64,000 nucleotides of DNA from a bacterium (GCA_029559475.1 JAKQBN010000078.1:2986-66985), one strand, 5' to 3'. Numbered from the stretch's first letter, positions 9,555-19,640 are shown. The notes: generated by a model from the letters alone, not told the origin. Numbers and translations are program-made.

Positions 9555-10712
9555 CTATTTTATAAAATATGTTTTGAGGGGAGGAAATCCGTTGAACTCG
9601 ATCGCACTGTAACTTGAAGTGTAAGCACCTGTTGTCAGCCAGTACAGCCTGTCGCCGATCGCCAGATTTAGAGGAAATTTATAAGTAGTATTCTCATACA
9701 TAATATCCTGGCTGTCGCAGGTAGGTCCTGCAAGAATTACTTCCTCGGTCTCGCCTTTCTTCTCGCAGTAAACAGGATATTTAATTGATTCATCAAGAGT
9801 TTCGATAAGACCGCTGAATTTGCCGACGTCAGTATAAACCCATCTGACGAGAGCGGTTCTGGCTTTTCTCGATATCAGAACGACCTCGCTGACGAGCACT
9901 CCTGATTCACCGACCATCGACCTTCCCGGTTCAAGAATGATCTCAGGAAGTGTGTCGCCGAAGTCCTCGTGCAGATATCTTGTGATCTCACGCGCATATA
10001 CGTCGATACTATTCGTTTTTGCTCTGTAATTTGCTGGGAAGCCGCCTCCCATATTTATCATCTTAAGATTTATATTCTCGTGTTCCGAAAGCCAGTCGAA
10101 TATATATTTTACTTTGGATATTGCCGAGTCCCATGCCCCGATATCGTGCTGCTGAGATCCGACGTGAAAAGATATTCCATACGGTTCAAGACCGAGTTTA
10201 CTTGCAAGAATAACCAGATCTATTATCATGTCGGGATGGCAGCCGAATTTTCTGCTGAGAGGCCAGTCCGCAGTATCTGAACTTTCTGTCAGTATCCTGA
10301 AAAAGACCCGTGAACCGGGAGCGACTACGGCGATATTTCTTAGATCACTCTCGCTGTCGGTCGCAAAAAGTCTGATTCCCTTATTGTATGCATATTTTAC
10401 GTGATCAGCTTTTTTTATAGTATTGCCGTAACTGACTTTTGCAGGATCGACTCCCAGAGCCAGAACTTTATCCAATTCATAAATGGAAGCTATATCAAAA
10501 TTTGACCCAAGATCTTTCAGTAATGATATTACTTCGTCTCCCGGATTCGCTTTTACTGCGTAATACTGTTTTGCAAAAGGAAAATTTTTCTGAAGTAGCG
10601 AATACTTCTTTTTTATCTTTTCCAGATCTACTACAAGGAAAGGGGTTTCATGTTTGTCGGCAAAATTCTTGATCTTCTGCCATTCCTTAGCGTTTAAATA
10701 ATCCTCTAACAT
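9555..10712 (-). CDS. Type III PLP-dependent decarboxylase (ornithine/lysine decarboxylase-like)
   Basis: TPFLVVDL...YYAVKANP (PLP Lys), HVGSQ, and C-terminal GAYTSSY...FNGF. I prefer the start at 10712 (MLEDYL) because it has a strong AAGGAGG just upstream. Confidence 0.75.
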   Translation of the reverse strand: MLEDYLNAKEWQKIKNFADKHETPFLVVDLEKIKKKYSLLQKNFPFAKQYYAVKANPGDEVISLLKDLGSNFDIASIYELDKVLALGVDPAKVSYGNTIKKADHVKYAYNKGIRLFATDSESDLRNIAVVAPGSRVFFRILTESSDTADWPLSRKFGCHPDMIIDLVILASKLGLEPYGISFHVGSQQHDIGAWDSAISKVKYIFDWLSEHENINLKMINMGGGFPANYRAKTNSIDVYAREITRYLHEDFGDTLPEIILEPGRSMVGESGVLVSEVVLISRKARTALVRWVYTDVGKFSGLIETLDESIKYPVYCEKKGETEEVILAGPTCDSQDIMYENTTYKFPLNLAIGDRLYWLTTGAYTSSYSAIEFNGFPPLKTYFIK

Positions 10713-10864
10713 TCTGCCTCCTTTTTTCGAGTGTAATTTGGGGTAATAATAATATTTTATTATCAAACTGACAATAGTTTTTTCGTGTTTTTTTAAGCAG
10801 AATTCAATAGATTTTCCGGACATAAAGATTTATTTTTCTGAAGTTCAAATTAAATGGCTGATAA

Positions 10865-11533
10865 ATGACGAATAAATTATCTATAAATACAGACGACTAC
10901 CACGGTTTTATTTTTGATATGGACGGTCTTCTGCTTGATACCGAAAGGATCTGCTGGGAATGTTTTCAGAATGCCTGCGGAAAATTCGGGCTGTATCCTG
11001 ACTTCAGCATTTATAAATTATGTTTGGGAAGAAAAGCCCAAGAGGGAAATAAACTTCTGGCTGAAAATTTTAAGGGCTGCTCGGATTTCAGTGCATTGAA
11101 CGAAGAATGGGCAGAAAGGTACAAAGATCATATTGAAAATAATATGATACCTGTTAAAAAAGGAGTCAGAAAATCGCTTGAATTTTTGTCCGGTAAAAAT
11201 ATTCCTCTCGGTGTCGCTACATCAACAGAAAGGAAGACAGCTTTAAAAAAACTTTCAAAAACAGACCTTTACGGCTATTTCAGCATTATTGTTACTGGAG
11301 ATGATGTTAAAAATTCAAAACCCGACCCTGAAATATACATTCTTGCATCAAAGATGTTAAAAATCGATCCTGAGAACTGCATAGCTTTCGAGGATTCTGA
11401 CAATGGAGTAATCTCAGCTGTCAATGCAGGAATACGAGTGATACAGATACCTGATATGATCGAGCCTTCAGATGATATAAGATTATTCGGACATTCGATC
11501 GTTAATTCTTTTAACGATATCGAGCTTATATAA
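10865..11533 (+). CDS. HAD-IA family hydrolase (beta-phosphoglucomutase/phosphatase-like)
   Basis: Motif I FIFDMDGLLLDTE, motif II VATS, and motif III/IV K...FEDSDNG. Confidence 0.8.
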   Translation: MTNKLSINTDDYHGFIFDMDGLLLDTERICWECFQNACGKFGLYPDFSIYKLCLGRKAQEGNKLLAENFKGCSDFSALNEEWAERYKDHIENNMIPVKKGVRKSLEFLSGKNIPLGVATSTERKTALKKLSKTDLYGYFSIIVTGDDVKNSKPDPEIYILASKMLKIDPENCIAFEDSDNGVISAVNAGIRVIQIPDMIEPSDDIRLFGHSIVNSFNDIELI

Positions 11534-11536
11534 AAA

Positions 11537-11554
11537 AAGCGGGTCTCCCCGCTT
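11537..11554. terminator. Bidirectional rho-independent terminator
   Basis: AAGCGGG-tctc-CCCGCTT hairpin between the convergent HAD gene and the bS22-like micro-ORF, with A-run and T-run flanks. Confidence 0.65.
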
Positions 11555-11558
11555 TAAA

Positions 11559-11648
11559 TTATTTCTTTTTATGCCTGTTTTTTCTCAGTCTCTTTTTCCT
11601 TTTATGAGTGTTGATCTTGTGTCTTTTTCTTTTTTTACCGCTTGGCAT
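11559..11648 (-). CDS. Small basic ribosome-associated protein, bS22-like (AURKAIP1/COX24-type peptide)
   Basis: A 29-codon ORF below the ORF-track cut-off. Hand translation is MPSGKKRKRHKINTHKRKKRLRKNRHKKK*. It sits directly downstream of the HU gene and is followed by a terminator. The MPSGKKRKRHK... peptide is one I recognise from Bacteroidota-type annotations. Confidence 0.6.
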   Translation of the reverse strand: MPSGKKRKRHKINTHKRKKRLRKNRHKKK

Positions 11649-11664
11649 TTTTGCCTCCTTCTGG

Positions 11665-11976
11665 TTATTTTTTTATATTTTTATTTACTTTATCTTTCAA
11701 GCTTTTTACAGCCCTGAAAACAGGAACTCTTTTTTCGGGGATCTCGAGCTTTTCCCTTCCTTTTGGTTTGTAGGCTATTCTGGCCGCCCTCTCGGCTACT
11801 TTGAAAGTTCCGAACCCTCTCAGCTCGATAACGTAGTCATCTTTCAGGCTGTCTTTGATGACTTCTATCATGTTGTTGATCACGCTGCCGGTCTCTTTGT
11901 AAGAAAGCCCTGTGATCTCATGAACTTTTTTTATGATCTCGAACTTGGTCAGTTTCTTAGCTTCTTTCTTCTCCAC
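11665..11976 (-). CDS. HU/IHF family DNA-binding protein
   Basis: LTKFEIIKKV...ELRGFGTFKV...R..PKG....IP...VPVFR. This is the characteristic HU fold pattern with a beta-arm. Confidence 0.8.
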   Translation of the reverse strand: MEKKEAKKLTKFEIIKKVHEITGLSYKETGSVINNMIEVIKDSLKDDYVIELRGFGTFKVAERAARIAYKPKGREKLEIPEKRVPVFRAVKSLKDKVNKNIKK

Positions 11977-12004
11977 TTTTTTCTCCTTTTAGAATTAAAA
12001 TTTA

Positions 12005-13549
12005 TTATAAGTATATTACCAGGTTTTTACCTGCGACAATTGTATCTTTTTTTCCGAGTTTGTTCCATGCTTTTAATTTAGTAATATTCACTTTATGTTT
12101 TTTCGATATTGATGAAAGCGTGTCGCCTTTTTTTATTTTGTAGGATATCTTTTTTTTTCCGCCTTTATAATATTCTTCACCATCATTGTAAGTAATATAT
12201 TTCTTATTGAAATCATTGAACCATTCTTTGTCGGTAGGAGGAGCAAGCACTTTTATCTTCTGACCTTGGTTGAGCTTTTTATTTCTAACATTATTAAGAT
12301 CATTAACAGCAGATTCGTCTACTTTAAACATTTCTGCAATTTTTTGAACAGAATCTCCTTTTTTTACAATATACGTAGTAACAGGATAAATTTCATCCCT
12401 GCTGAATCCAGACATGTTCTCTCTGAATCTGATCTTTGACATAGCCGGAATTACAACTGAATAATTCTTTGAATACGGAGGAATGCACCACTGCCTAAGA
12501 TGGGGGTTCAACCTTTTTATATCTTCATAAGAAATACCTGCAGATAGAGCTATAACATTCAGATTTACGCAGCTGTCAAGCATAACCGTGTCATGTCTTG
12601 TTTTTTCCTTATCGATAAAAAAACCATATTTTGTAGGGTCTTGTCCAATGCTGATAAGTGCATTAACTCTCGGAATATATTCTTTTGTTTCCTTGGGCAG
12701 CGAGTACATTTTCCAGAAATTGTTTGTCTTATGCTTTTTAATACTTTTTTCTATTTTCACATGACCGCAGTTATAGCCGGCTATCGCAAGATTCCAGTCG
12801 CCGAGTTTACTGTACAGATATCTGTAGTATTTTGCAGCCGCGATAGTTGATTTTATCACATTTTTTCTGTCATCCTCCCACCAGTTTATATTCAGTCCGA
12901 AGAATTTTCCGGTCGAAGGTATGAACTGCCATAATCCTATAGCTTTTTGGAATGAATGAGCAAACGGCGAAAATCCGGATTCGGCCAGGGGAATGAAGGA
13001 TAGCTCTTCAGGCAGACCGAAATGCTTAAAAATTTTCTTCATGTCGTCTATATAGTCGAAGGCTCTTTCCAGATAGATCTGAGTAGATGTTCTTGACTTT
13101 TCTGTATAAAAATCCAGCCACTTTTGAACCTGTTTCTTATTTATAACCACCTCAAATGATTTAAAACCAAGATCAGATGTATCTTCCAGTGTCAGATCAA
13201 AATCCTTTTTCTCAAAGCAGAAAATATTATCTTCAGAATTTAATTCAATGTCGAGTTCAGTAACCAGTTTCTCAAAATTTGAATAGTGGTTATTAACAAT
13301 ACCCTTTAATGAATCAAGACTGCCTGCAGAAATCTCGGTCTTTTCTGACTCTATCGAGTCGATGTATTCGAAGATGCTGTCGTAAAAATAAAGCGCGGTC
13401 TCGTATTTGTTCTCGCGGACAAGTTTGTTGGCATGGAAGCACATAGAGATTATTTGTTCATGATCCTTTTCAGTTATCTGCTGGCAATAAAAAGGAAAGC
13501 TGAAAAGAAGAGCAGTCAAAAAGTAAATATTTTTCCGGCATAAGAACAT
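12005..13549 (-). CDS. Lytic transglycosylase with C-terminal LysM repeats (MltD-like)
   Basis: SLT core ESGFSPFAHSFQKAIGLWQF...AGYNCG. Two LysM modules are present (YIVKKGDSVQKIAEMF.., YKIKKGDTLSSISKKH..). Confidence 0.8.
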   Translation of the reverse strand: MFLCRKNIYFLTALLFSFPFYCQQITEKDHEQIISMCFHANKLVRENKYETALYFYDSIFEYIDSIESEKTEISAGSLDSLKGIVNNHYSNFEKLVTELDIELNSEDNIFCFEKKDFDLTLEDTSDLGFKSFEVVINKKQVQKWLDFYTEKSRTSTQIYLERAFDYIDDMKKIFKHFGLPEELSFIPLAESGFSPFAHSFQKAIGLWQFIPSTGKFFGLNINWWEDDRKNVIKSTIAAAKYYRYLYSKLGDWNLAIAGYNCGHVKIEKSIKKHKTNNFWKMYSLPKETKEYIPRVNALISIGQDPTKYGFFIDKEKTRHDTVMLDSCVNLNVIALSAGISYEDIKRLNPHLRQWCIPPYSKNYSVVIPAMSKIRFRENMSGFSRDEIYPVTTYIVKKGDSVQKIAEMFKVDESAVNDLNNVRNKKLNQGQKIKVLAPPTDKEWFNDFNKKYITYNDGEEYYKGGKKKISYKIKKGDTLSSISKKHKVNITKLKAWNKLGKKDTIVAGKNLVIYL

Positions 13550-13553
13550 CCCG

Positions 13554-14927
13554 CTAAATTGCCTCCTCGATCTCCTTTAATTTAGACTGCATAAGCTTCA
13601 TGATCTCATCTAATCTTTTCTGTGTTGATGCTTCGTACCTCTGAACCAGAGCCGGTTGTGTATTCGATGCCCTAATCAGTCCGAAACCGTCACTGAATAT
13701 TACCCGTACGCCGTCAACATCAACTACTTTATATCCTTCTTTCTTAAAATGATCTGTTACTCTTCTGACTATCTCGAATTTTTTATTATCATCGCTGTCC
13801 AGCCTTATTTCAGGCGTCATTATCATTTTCGGGATATCTGTCAACAGATCCGAAACAGTCCCGTCTGTACGGGAAAGTATTTCAAGAAGCCTCAGCGACG
13901 CATACAAAGCATCGTCGTGACCAAAAAATCTGTCTTTAAAGAATATGTGTCCGCTGACTTCCCCGCCGAGTTCAGCACCGGTTTCTTTCATTTTAGCTTT
14001 GATCAGAGAATGTCCGGCTTTCCACATTATGCCGTTGCCGCCCAGTTTCTCTATCCCGTCATACATAGTCTGGGAACATTTTACTTCGCCTACGATAACA
14101 GCTCCGGGTTTTCTTGAAAGGATTTCCTTCGCGAAGATCATCATTAAATGGTCGCCGAAAAGCATTTCGCCTTTTTCCGTAACTATACCGATTCTGTCAG
14201 CATCTCCGTCATATCCGATACCCAGATCGGCATCTGATCTTTTAACTTCAGAGATCAGGTCGGCCATATATTTCGGGACTGTCGGATCGGGATGATGATT
14301 CGGGAACCTTCCGTCAGGTTCGGTGTAGAGTTCTGTTACCTGATGTCCGAAGTATCTGAAGATCTCTGCTGCTATCTGACCTCCTGTCCCGTTTCCGCCG
14401 TCAACTATTATACAGAGTTTTCTTGAACCCATACTGATATTTTTCTTCAGAAAATCAAAATAAGCATCTTTGACTGAAACATGCTTTAAAGTTCCCGCCG
14501 GTTCATTTTCCGGTCTGCAGGAGAATCGATTTTGCAGGATTATATTCTTAAGCATTTGTATTTTTTCGCCGTAGAGAGCAGAATCTTTTGTTATCATTTT
14601 AAAACCGTTCATGTCTGCAGGATTGTGAGATCCTGTAATCATCACTGCTGAATCTGCTTTTAAATGCACCTGAGCAAAATAAAGGATCGGAGTGGTACAC
14701 TGTCCTATGCTTATCACATCTATTCCGCAGTCTCTTAGTGAATTTGTAAATGTAGAGAAAAGAAAATCCGCCGAAAGTCTCGCGTCGTAACCTATCACGC
14801 AGTTATTGTATCCTTCTTTCTGAATGTAAGTGGAGAACGCTTTTCCTATATTGATTACGGTGTCTGCTGTGAAATCCGATTCTACTATTCCGCGTATGTC
14901 GTATTCCCTGAATATATTCTCATTCAT
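13554..14927 (-). CDS. Phosphomannomutase/phosphoglucomutase (alpha-D-phosphohexomutase)
   Basis: Active-site TGSHNP, metal loop GYDGDADR and sugar loop GGEVSGH. I prefer the start at 14927 (MNENIF, GGGAG upstream). Confidence 0.8.
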   Translation of the reverse strand: MNENIFREYDIRGIVESDFTADTVINIGKAFSTYIQKEGYNNCVIGYDARLSADFLFSTFTNSLRDCGIDVISIGQCTTPILYFAQVHLKADSAVMITGSHNPADMNGFKMITKDSALYGEKIQMLKNIILQNRFSCRPENEPAGTLKHVSVKDAYFDFLKKNISMGSRKLCIIVDGGNGTGGQIAAEIFRYFGHQVTELYTEPDGRFPNHHPDPTVPKYMADLISEVKRSDADLGIGYDGDADRIGIVTEKGEMLFGDHLMMIFAKEILSRKPGAVIVGEVKCSQTMYDGIEKLGGNGIMWKAGHSLIKAKMKETGAELGGEVSGHIFFKDRFFGHDDALYASLRLLEILSRTDGTVSDLLTDIPKMIMTPEIRLDSDDNKKFEIVRRVTDHFKKEGYKVVDVDGVRVIFSDGFGLIRASNTQPALVQRYEASTQKRLDEIMKLMQSKLKEIEEAI

Positions 14928-14949
14928 TTTGAGCTCCCGGTCTGTTAAT

Positions 14950-15966
14950 TTATCTTCCTGTCTGTACAAGTCCTACTTTTCTATATACTTTGCTTAGGAC
15001 TTTCCACGCTTTTTTCTGAGCGTTCGATGCTCCGTTCTTTAATACTGACTCCAGATAATCCTTATTATTCATCAATTCATCATGCTTCTCTTTGATCGGC
15101 CTTAACTTTTCTACTACTATGTCCGCCAGATCTTTTTTAAAATCCCCGTAACCTCTGCCTTCATACATTTTTTCGATCTCGGGAACGCTTTTATCAGTTA
15201 AATTCGTATATATAGTTAATAGATTACGGATCCCGGCCTTTTCATCGCTGTCGGAATAGATGATCTCCGAACCTGAATCGGTTACCGCGCTTCTGATCCT
15301 TTTTGAAACCATTACCGGATCGTCTATAAGCGCGATCCTGCCGGATTCTCCGGAATCTGATTTTCCCATTTTACTCAAAGGATTCTGGAGATCCATGATC
15401 CTCGCGCCTGTTTTCGGGATTATCGGTTCGGGGATAGTGAATGTATCAGAATACCTGAAATTGAATTTCATTGCGATGTCTCTTGTCAGTTCTACATGCT
15501 GTTTCTGATCCTCTCCTACAGGAACATAATCTGCGTTGTATAAAAGTATATCGGATGCCATAAGCACAGGATAAGTAAACAAACCGGCGTTTATATTCGC
15601 ACCCGGCTTGGAAGATTTATCTTTGAACTGCGTCATCCTGCTCAGATCGCCGAGTCCCGTCAAACACCCGAGTATCCACGAAAGCTCTGTGTGCCCTGTT
15701 ACATGGGACTGAATAAAAAGATCGTTCTTTTCCGGATCAAGACCGACTGCTATATACTGCGCTATTATCGAAAGGGTCTTGTGCCTGAGTTCCTTCGGTT
15801 CCTGAGGAACCGTAAGCGCATGCAGATCAGCCACCATATAGAGAGTATCATAATCGTGCTGAAGTTTTACGAAATTATTCATCGCGCCTATCAGATTACC
15901 TATGGTAAGCTGCCCGGTGGGTTTAATTCCGCTTAATATTATTTTTTGCGCAGCTTTATCTTCCAT
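14950..15966 (-). CDS. trpS: Tryptophan--tRNA ligase
   Basis: SGIKPTG.LTIGN (HIGH-equivalent) and KMGKS (KMSKS). Size is about 338 aa from the ATG at 15966. The 5' extension in the ORF track would overlap the upstream gene. Confidence 0.9.
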   Translation of the reverse strand: MEDKAAQKIILSGIKPTGQLTIGNLIGAMNNFVKLQHDYDTLYMVADLHALTVPQEPKELRHKTLSIIAQYIAVGLDPEKNDLFIQSHVTGHTELSWILGCLTGLGDLSRMTQFKDKSSKPGANINAGLFTYPVLMASDILLYNADYVPVGEDQKQHVELTRDIAMKFNFRYSDTFTIPEPIIPKTGARIMDLQNPLSKMGKSDSGESGRIALIDDPVMVSKRIRSAVTDSGSEIIYSDSDEKAGIRNLLTIYTNLTDKSVPEIEKMYEGRGYGDFKKDLADIVVEKLRPIKEKHDELMNNKDYLESVLKNGASNAQKKAWKVLSKVYRKVGLVQTGR

Positions 15967-15979
15967 ACTGATAATCCGG

Positions 15980-16792
15980 TTAGTTAAAACAAATAGTGTC
16001 TGAATAAAATACTGGTCCGTCTTTGCACACCAGATAATATCCGTCACCGTTTTTCTTTTTCACGGCGCATCCCTGGCAGACACCCATACCGCATGCCATA
16101 GGCGTTTCTAATGACACCTGGCATCTGCTGTTCATCTCCTGAACATATCCTGAAACCGCCTTCATCATCGGGTCGGGACCGACTACGAATATATCATATT
16201 TCTTCAGATCCTTCAGATTTTTATTATTTATTTCCGATTTAAGAAGCTGGAGAACATTTCCCTCGAAACCTGTAGATCCGTCGTCCGTTGCAATAAAAAG
16301 CTTTAAATTCTGATCTATGAAAAAGTCCAGATTAAAAAAATGGGTTTTGCTTCTGTTTCCCCATATAAGTGTAGTATTGCAGTCTTTATTTGAAAAATAC
16401 TGCACCAGACTTTTTAGAGGCGCTATTCCGACCCCCCCGGCGATCAGAAGTTTTTCTTTTACGTTTGACGAAATGTCGAATCCGTTACCTAAAGGAGCCA
16501 GTATGTTTAAAGTTTTTTCAGTCTTAACAGCCTTTTTCAATATTTCTGTACCCCGGCCGACTATGTCGAATATGAATTCGAAACAGTCTTTATCAATATG
16601 AGATATTGCGAAAGGTCTTCTTAGAACCGGTGTTTTTTCTAATGCAGAACATATCTGAATATTTATGAACTGGCCGGGTTTTGCTGCGGAAGATATCTGT
16701 TCTGATCTTACAATGCATGAATATATCTTTGACGTTTCCTTTTTGTAAGAAACTATTTCCGCTTTTACTTCAAAATAATCAGCCTCTTTCAT
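15980..16792 (-). CDS. PyrK-family FAD/NAD-binding, 2Fe-2S electron-transfer subunit
   Basis: RRPFAIS FAD motif, GGVGIAP NAD motif, and C-terminal CGMGVCQGC...C cluster. No pyrD or gltD-like partner lies adjacent. Confidence 0.6.
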   Translation of the reverse strand: MKEADYFEVKAEIVSYKKETSKIYSCIVRSEQISSAAKPGQFINIQICSALEKTPVLRRPFAISHIDKDCFEFIFDIVGRGTEILKKAVKTEKTLNILAPLGNGFDISSNVKEKLLIAGGVGIAPLKSLVQYFSNKDCNTTLIWGNRSKTHFFNLDFFIDQNLKLFIATDDGSTGFEGNVLQLLKSEINNKNLKDLKKYDIFVVGPDPMMKAVSGYVQEMNSRCQVSLETPMACGMGVCQGCAVKKKNGDGYYLVCKDGPVFYSDTICFN

Positions 16793-17814
16793 TCTTCATT
16801 TCCGTTCATAGAATTTTTTCTTTTGTACTTTTCCAAATTGATCTCATCAGATAATATATCGCCGTTTTCATTGAAATAATAGATGATTCCGCTCAGATTA
16901 TTTTTTTCAATAAAATATCTGCCCTTTTCTCTTCCCATCACAAATACGGCCGTAGCGAAAGCATCGCTCATATAGGATTTTTCAGAAATTACGGAAGCGC
17001 TTATCATATCCGAAGTTCCGTAACCGTCAGAGGGATCTATTATATGGCAGTACCTTGTGTTCTCTTCTTCAAAATATTTTTCATAATCGCCTGAAGTTGA
17101 AATTGCTTTACCGGAGATATACAGAGTATCAATGACCTCTCCTTTCTTTCTGGGATGCCTTATACCGACTGTTTTGGGCGTTTCAGATCCTACAAGCACA
17201 TCGCCTCCGACAGCTACGATAAAATCATTTAGACCTTTAGAGATCAGGTATGTCCCGGTCGAATCTGCCGCATATCCTTTAGCTATTCCACCGAGACCGA
17301 TTTTACACCTGTTGTCTGTTACAAGAACGGAATCATTGAAAAACCTGTACCTGTCGAAATTCGAAAAAATCAATACTTCTTTTATCTTGCAGCTGTCCGG
17401 TTTTGAAGGCGTCGACGCCACAGTATTAAAACCCCATAATTCGACAACTGGCTGGATCGCTATGTCGAACGATCTGTCAGTGTATTTATAAATGTTTCCG
17501 GAAACGCTGAAAATTTTACGTAAGGACTTCGGAACTTCTTTTACAGCGTTTGCGTTGTCGTTGAATTTACTAAGTGTGGAACCGGGTTCATAGACATTCA
17601 TTTCTGAATTAAAATATTTGAATATGTTTTCCGCTTCGTAAAGAATTTCTTTTACTTTTTCAACTTGTGATTCGCGAACGTTGAAAACAGTGATACTTAC
17701 ATCTGTAGAAAATTCCACAAATGAAACGGTCACTTTCTGCTTTTCGCTTTGAGTGCATGAATTAAGCAGGAGATACAGAACGAATGCAAATATTGATAAT
17801 AATGTTTTTTTCAT
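16789..17814 (-). CDS. apbE: FAD:protein FMN transferase (ApbE family lipoprotein)
   Basis: Lipoprotein signal (LLNSC), GGIAKGYA, SGDYE, HIIDP. These are canonical ApbE motifs. There is a 4-nt overlap with the downstream PyrK-like gene. Confidence 0.8.
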   Translation of the reverse strand: MKKTLLSIFAFVLYLLLNSCTQSEKQKVTVSFVEFSTDVSITVFNVRESQVEKVKEILYEAENIFKYFNSEMNVYEPGSTLSKFNDNANAVKEVPKSLRKIFSVSGNIYKYTDRSFDIAIQPVVELWGFNTVASTPSKPDSCKIKEVLIFSNFDRYRFFNDSVLVTDNRCKIGLGGIAKGYAADSTGTYLISKGLNDFIVAVGGDVLVGSETPKTVGIRHPRKKGEVIDTLYISGKAISTSGDYEKYFEEENTRYCHIIDPSDGYGTSDMISASVISEKSYMSDAFATAVFVMGREKGRYFIEKNNLSGIIYYFNENGDILSDEINLEKYKRKNSMNGNEE

Positions 17815-17894
17815 CGGCTAAAAGTAAAATTTTCTGTCGCTAAACGCAAGTGAAAATTTGAAATATTTAATAAATAGAGAACGGGAACGGAGAC

Positions 17895-18656
17895 TTATTT
17901 CGCTTTTTTGTACAATTTTTCTACTAGATAAGTTATCATCACATTGCCGTTTTCGTTCACACCTATCCTGATCATATCATCATTCTTAAAAAGCCATTTT
18001 GAGTAAAAAGGCACAGAACCGTTCTTCAAAGCCGTCAGTTTTATACTGTCAGATTTGTATGAGGACGGAAATTTATTTTTTTCGTATGCGGGTTTTCCGT
18101 AGAGTTTTGCAAGATCCGCATTAACTTTATCATAAAGCTTAAAAACGCTTAACTTAGGATCATTCTTCAGAACTATCTGGCAGGCATATAATTTTTTTTC
18201 AGCGAAACTGAATTGCCACCTTTCTGCATTGTATCCAAGATATGTACCGTTATGATATTCGAGTATTCCATCTTCAGTTTCAACATATTTAAGATCTTTT
18301 CTGTTTCTAAGAGCTTCCTTTACTTTGATTCTTGAAGATGACCATTTAACTTTCATCAACTCAGGAAGGGCGGAATTCACTCTGTTCGGCTCAACTTTTA
18401 CTTTGACTGTCTTTTTCTGGCTTTCCAGACACTTTTTCTGTATTCTCTGAACCTCCACTATTTCCTGCCACGTCTCTGTATATATCGAATTAAGATCGTC
18501 GTATCTGTTTCTGTCTATTCCCGGATCACACATTTTGTTTTTAACACTATTAAATTCGACCATCATAGAATCAATCTGTTTTTTATATTTTGCGCAGTCT
18601 TCCGCAATAACGGCAGTCAAAATCGCAAGAACAAGAATTATTAACAGATTTTTCAT
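17895..18656 (-). CDS. Hypothetical secreted protein
   Basis: 253-aa ORF with an N-terminal signal peptide. No recognisable family. Confidence 0.55.
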   Translation of the reverse strand: MKNLLIILVLAILTAVIAEDCAKYKKQIDSMMVEFNSVKNKMCDPGIDRNRYDDLNSIYTETWQEIVEVQRIQKKCLESQKKTVKVKVEPNRVNSALPELMKVKWSSSRIKVKEALRNRKDLKYVETEDGILEYHNGTYLGYNAERWQFSFAEKKLYACQIVLKNDPKLSVFKLYDKVNADLAKLYGKPAYEKNKFPSSYKSDSIKLTALKNGSVPFYSKWLFKNDDMIRIGVNENGNVMITYLVEKLYKKAK

Positions 18657-18839
18657 TTCACTCCTTCATTATAAGTTAATCAGATTTCAGTCGGCAAATT
18701 TAAATATTGATTTTCTTTTTGTCAATAATTTGTTTTTGAAATATTTATTTATAAATTCTTGCCTTGCAATGATGAATATTTATCCTTATAATTCAATTCT
18801 GTAGATATATGCCGTAAATCTAATTAAAAGAGGTGACGG

Positions 18840-19640
18840 ATGCGTAAAAGGATCAGCGTTTCTGACCTGATGAAATATAAATCACAGGGTAAAAAAATTA
18901 CCGCACTCACAGCCTACAGTTTTTATGATGCGAAGATAATTGATTCTACTCCGCTTGACATGATACTTGTAGGCGATTCCTTAGGAATGGTTTTTCAGGG
19001 CTGCAGCAGCACTATCCCTGTAACTGTAGATCATATCATCTATCATTCGAGGATCGTAGTTCAATCTACTTCCGGTCCCGTCATTGTGGCTGACATGCCT
19101 TTCGGCAGTTTCCAGATATCACCCGAGAAAGCTGTTGAGAATGCCTTAAGGATCGTAAAGGAATCCGGATGCAATGCTGTGAAACTCGAAGGCGGAAAGA
19201 ATATAATTCCGGCTGTAGAACAAATTGTCGGATCAGGAGTACCTGTTTACGGGCATCTCGGATTAACGCCTCAGTCGATCAATCAGTTCGGAAGCTATGC
19301 CTTGAGAGCTAAACATAAAGAAGAAGCCGAAACCCTGAAAGAGGATGCTCTTCTTCTGGAAAAAGCTGGAGTTAGCGGCATATTTCTGGAAAAGATCCCT
19401 GCGGATCTGGCGGGAGAAGTGAGCAGATCTCTCTGTGTCCCGACGATAGGAATAGGCGCAGGAGCGAATTGCGACGGTCAGGTTCTTGTCATCACGGACA
19501 TTCTGGGATTCGACCCGGAACTCAAATTCAGATTTGTAAGAAAATACGCAGATCTGCACAGCGTGATCAAAAATGCCGTCGAAAATTACATAAAAGATGT
19601 TGTCAGCGGGACGTTCCCGAATGACAGCGAATCATATTAG
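18840..19640 (+). CDS. panB: 3-methyl-2-oxobutanoate hydroxymethyltransferase
   Basis: KITALTAY...MILVGDSLGMV...VADMPFGS...VKLEGG. These are canonical PanB motifs. Confidence 0.9.
   Translation: MRKRISVSDLMKYKSQGKKITALTAYSFYDAKIIDSTPLDMILVGDSLGMVFQGCSSTIPVTVDHIIYHSRIVVQSTSGPVIVADMPFGSFQISPEKAVENALRIVKESGCNAVKLEGGKNIIPAVEQIVGSGVPVYGHLGLTPQSINQFGSYALRAKHKEEAETLKEDALLLEKAGVSGIFLEKIPADLAGEVSRSLCVPTIGIGAGANCDGQVLVITDILGFDPELKFRFVRKYADLHSVIKNAVENYIKDVVSGTFPNDSESY

Noticed and set aside
11608-12081. 157-aa plus-strand ORF
   Set aside because: It is antisense to the well-supported HU gene and the bS22-like ORF. The Phe/Leu-rich translation is typical of reading an AT-rich Lys-rich gene backwards.
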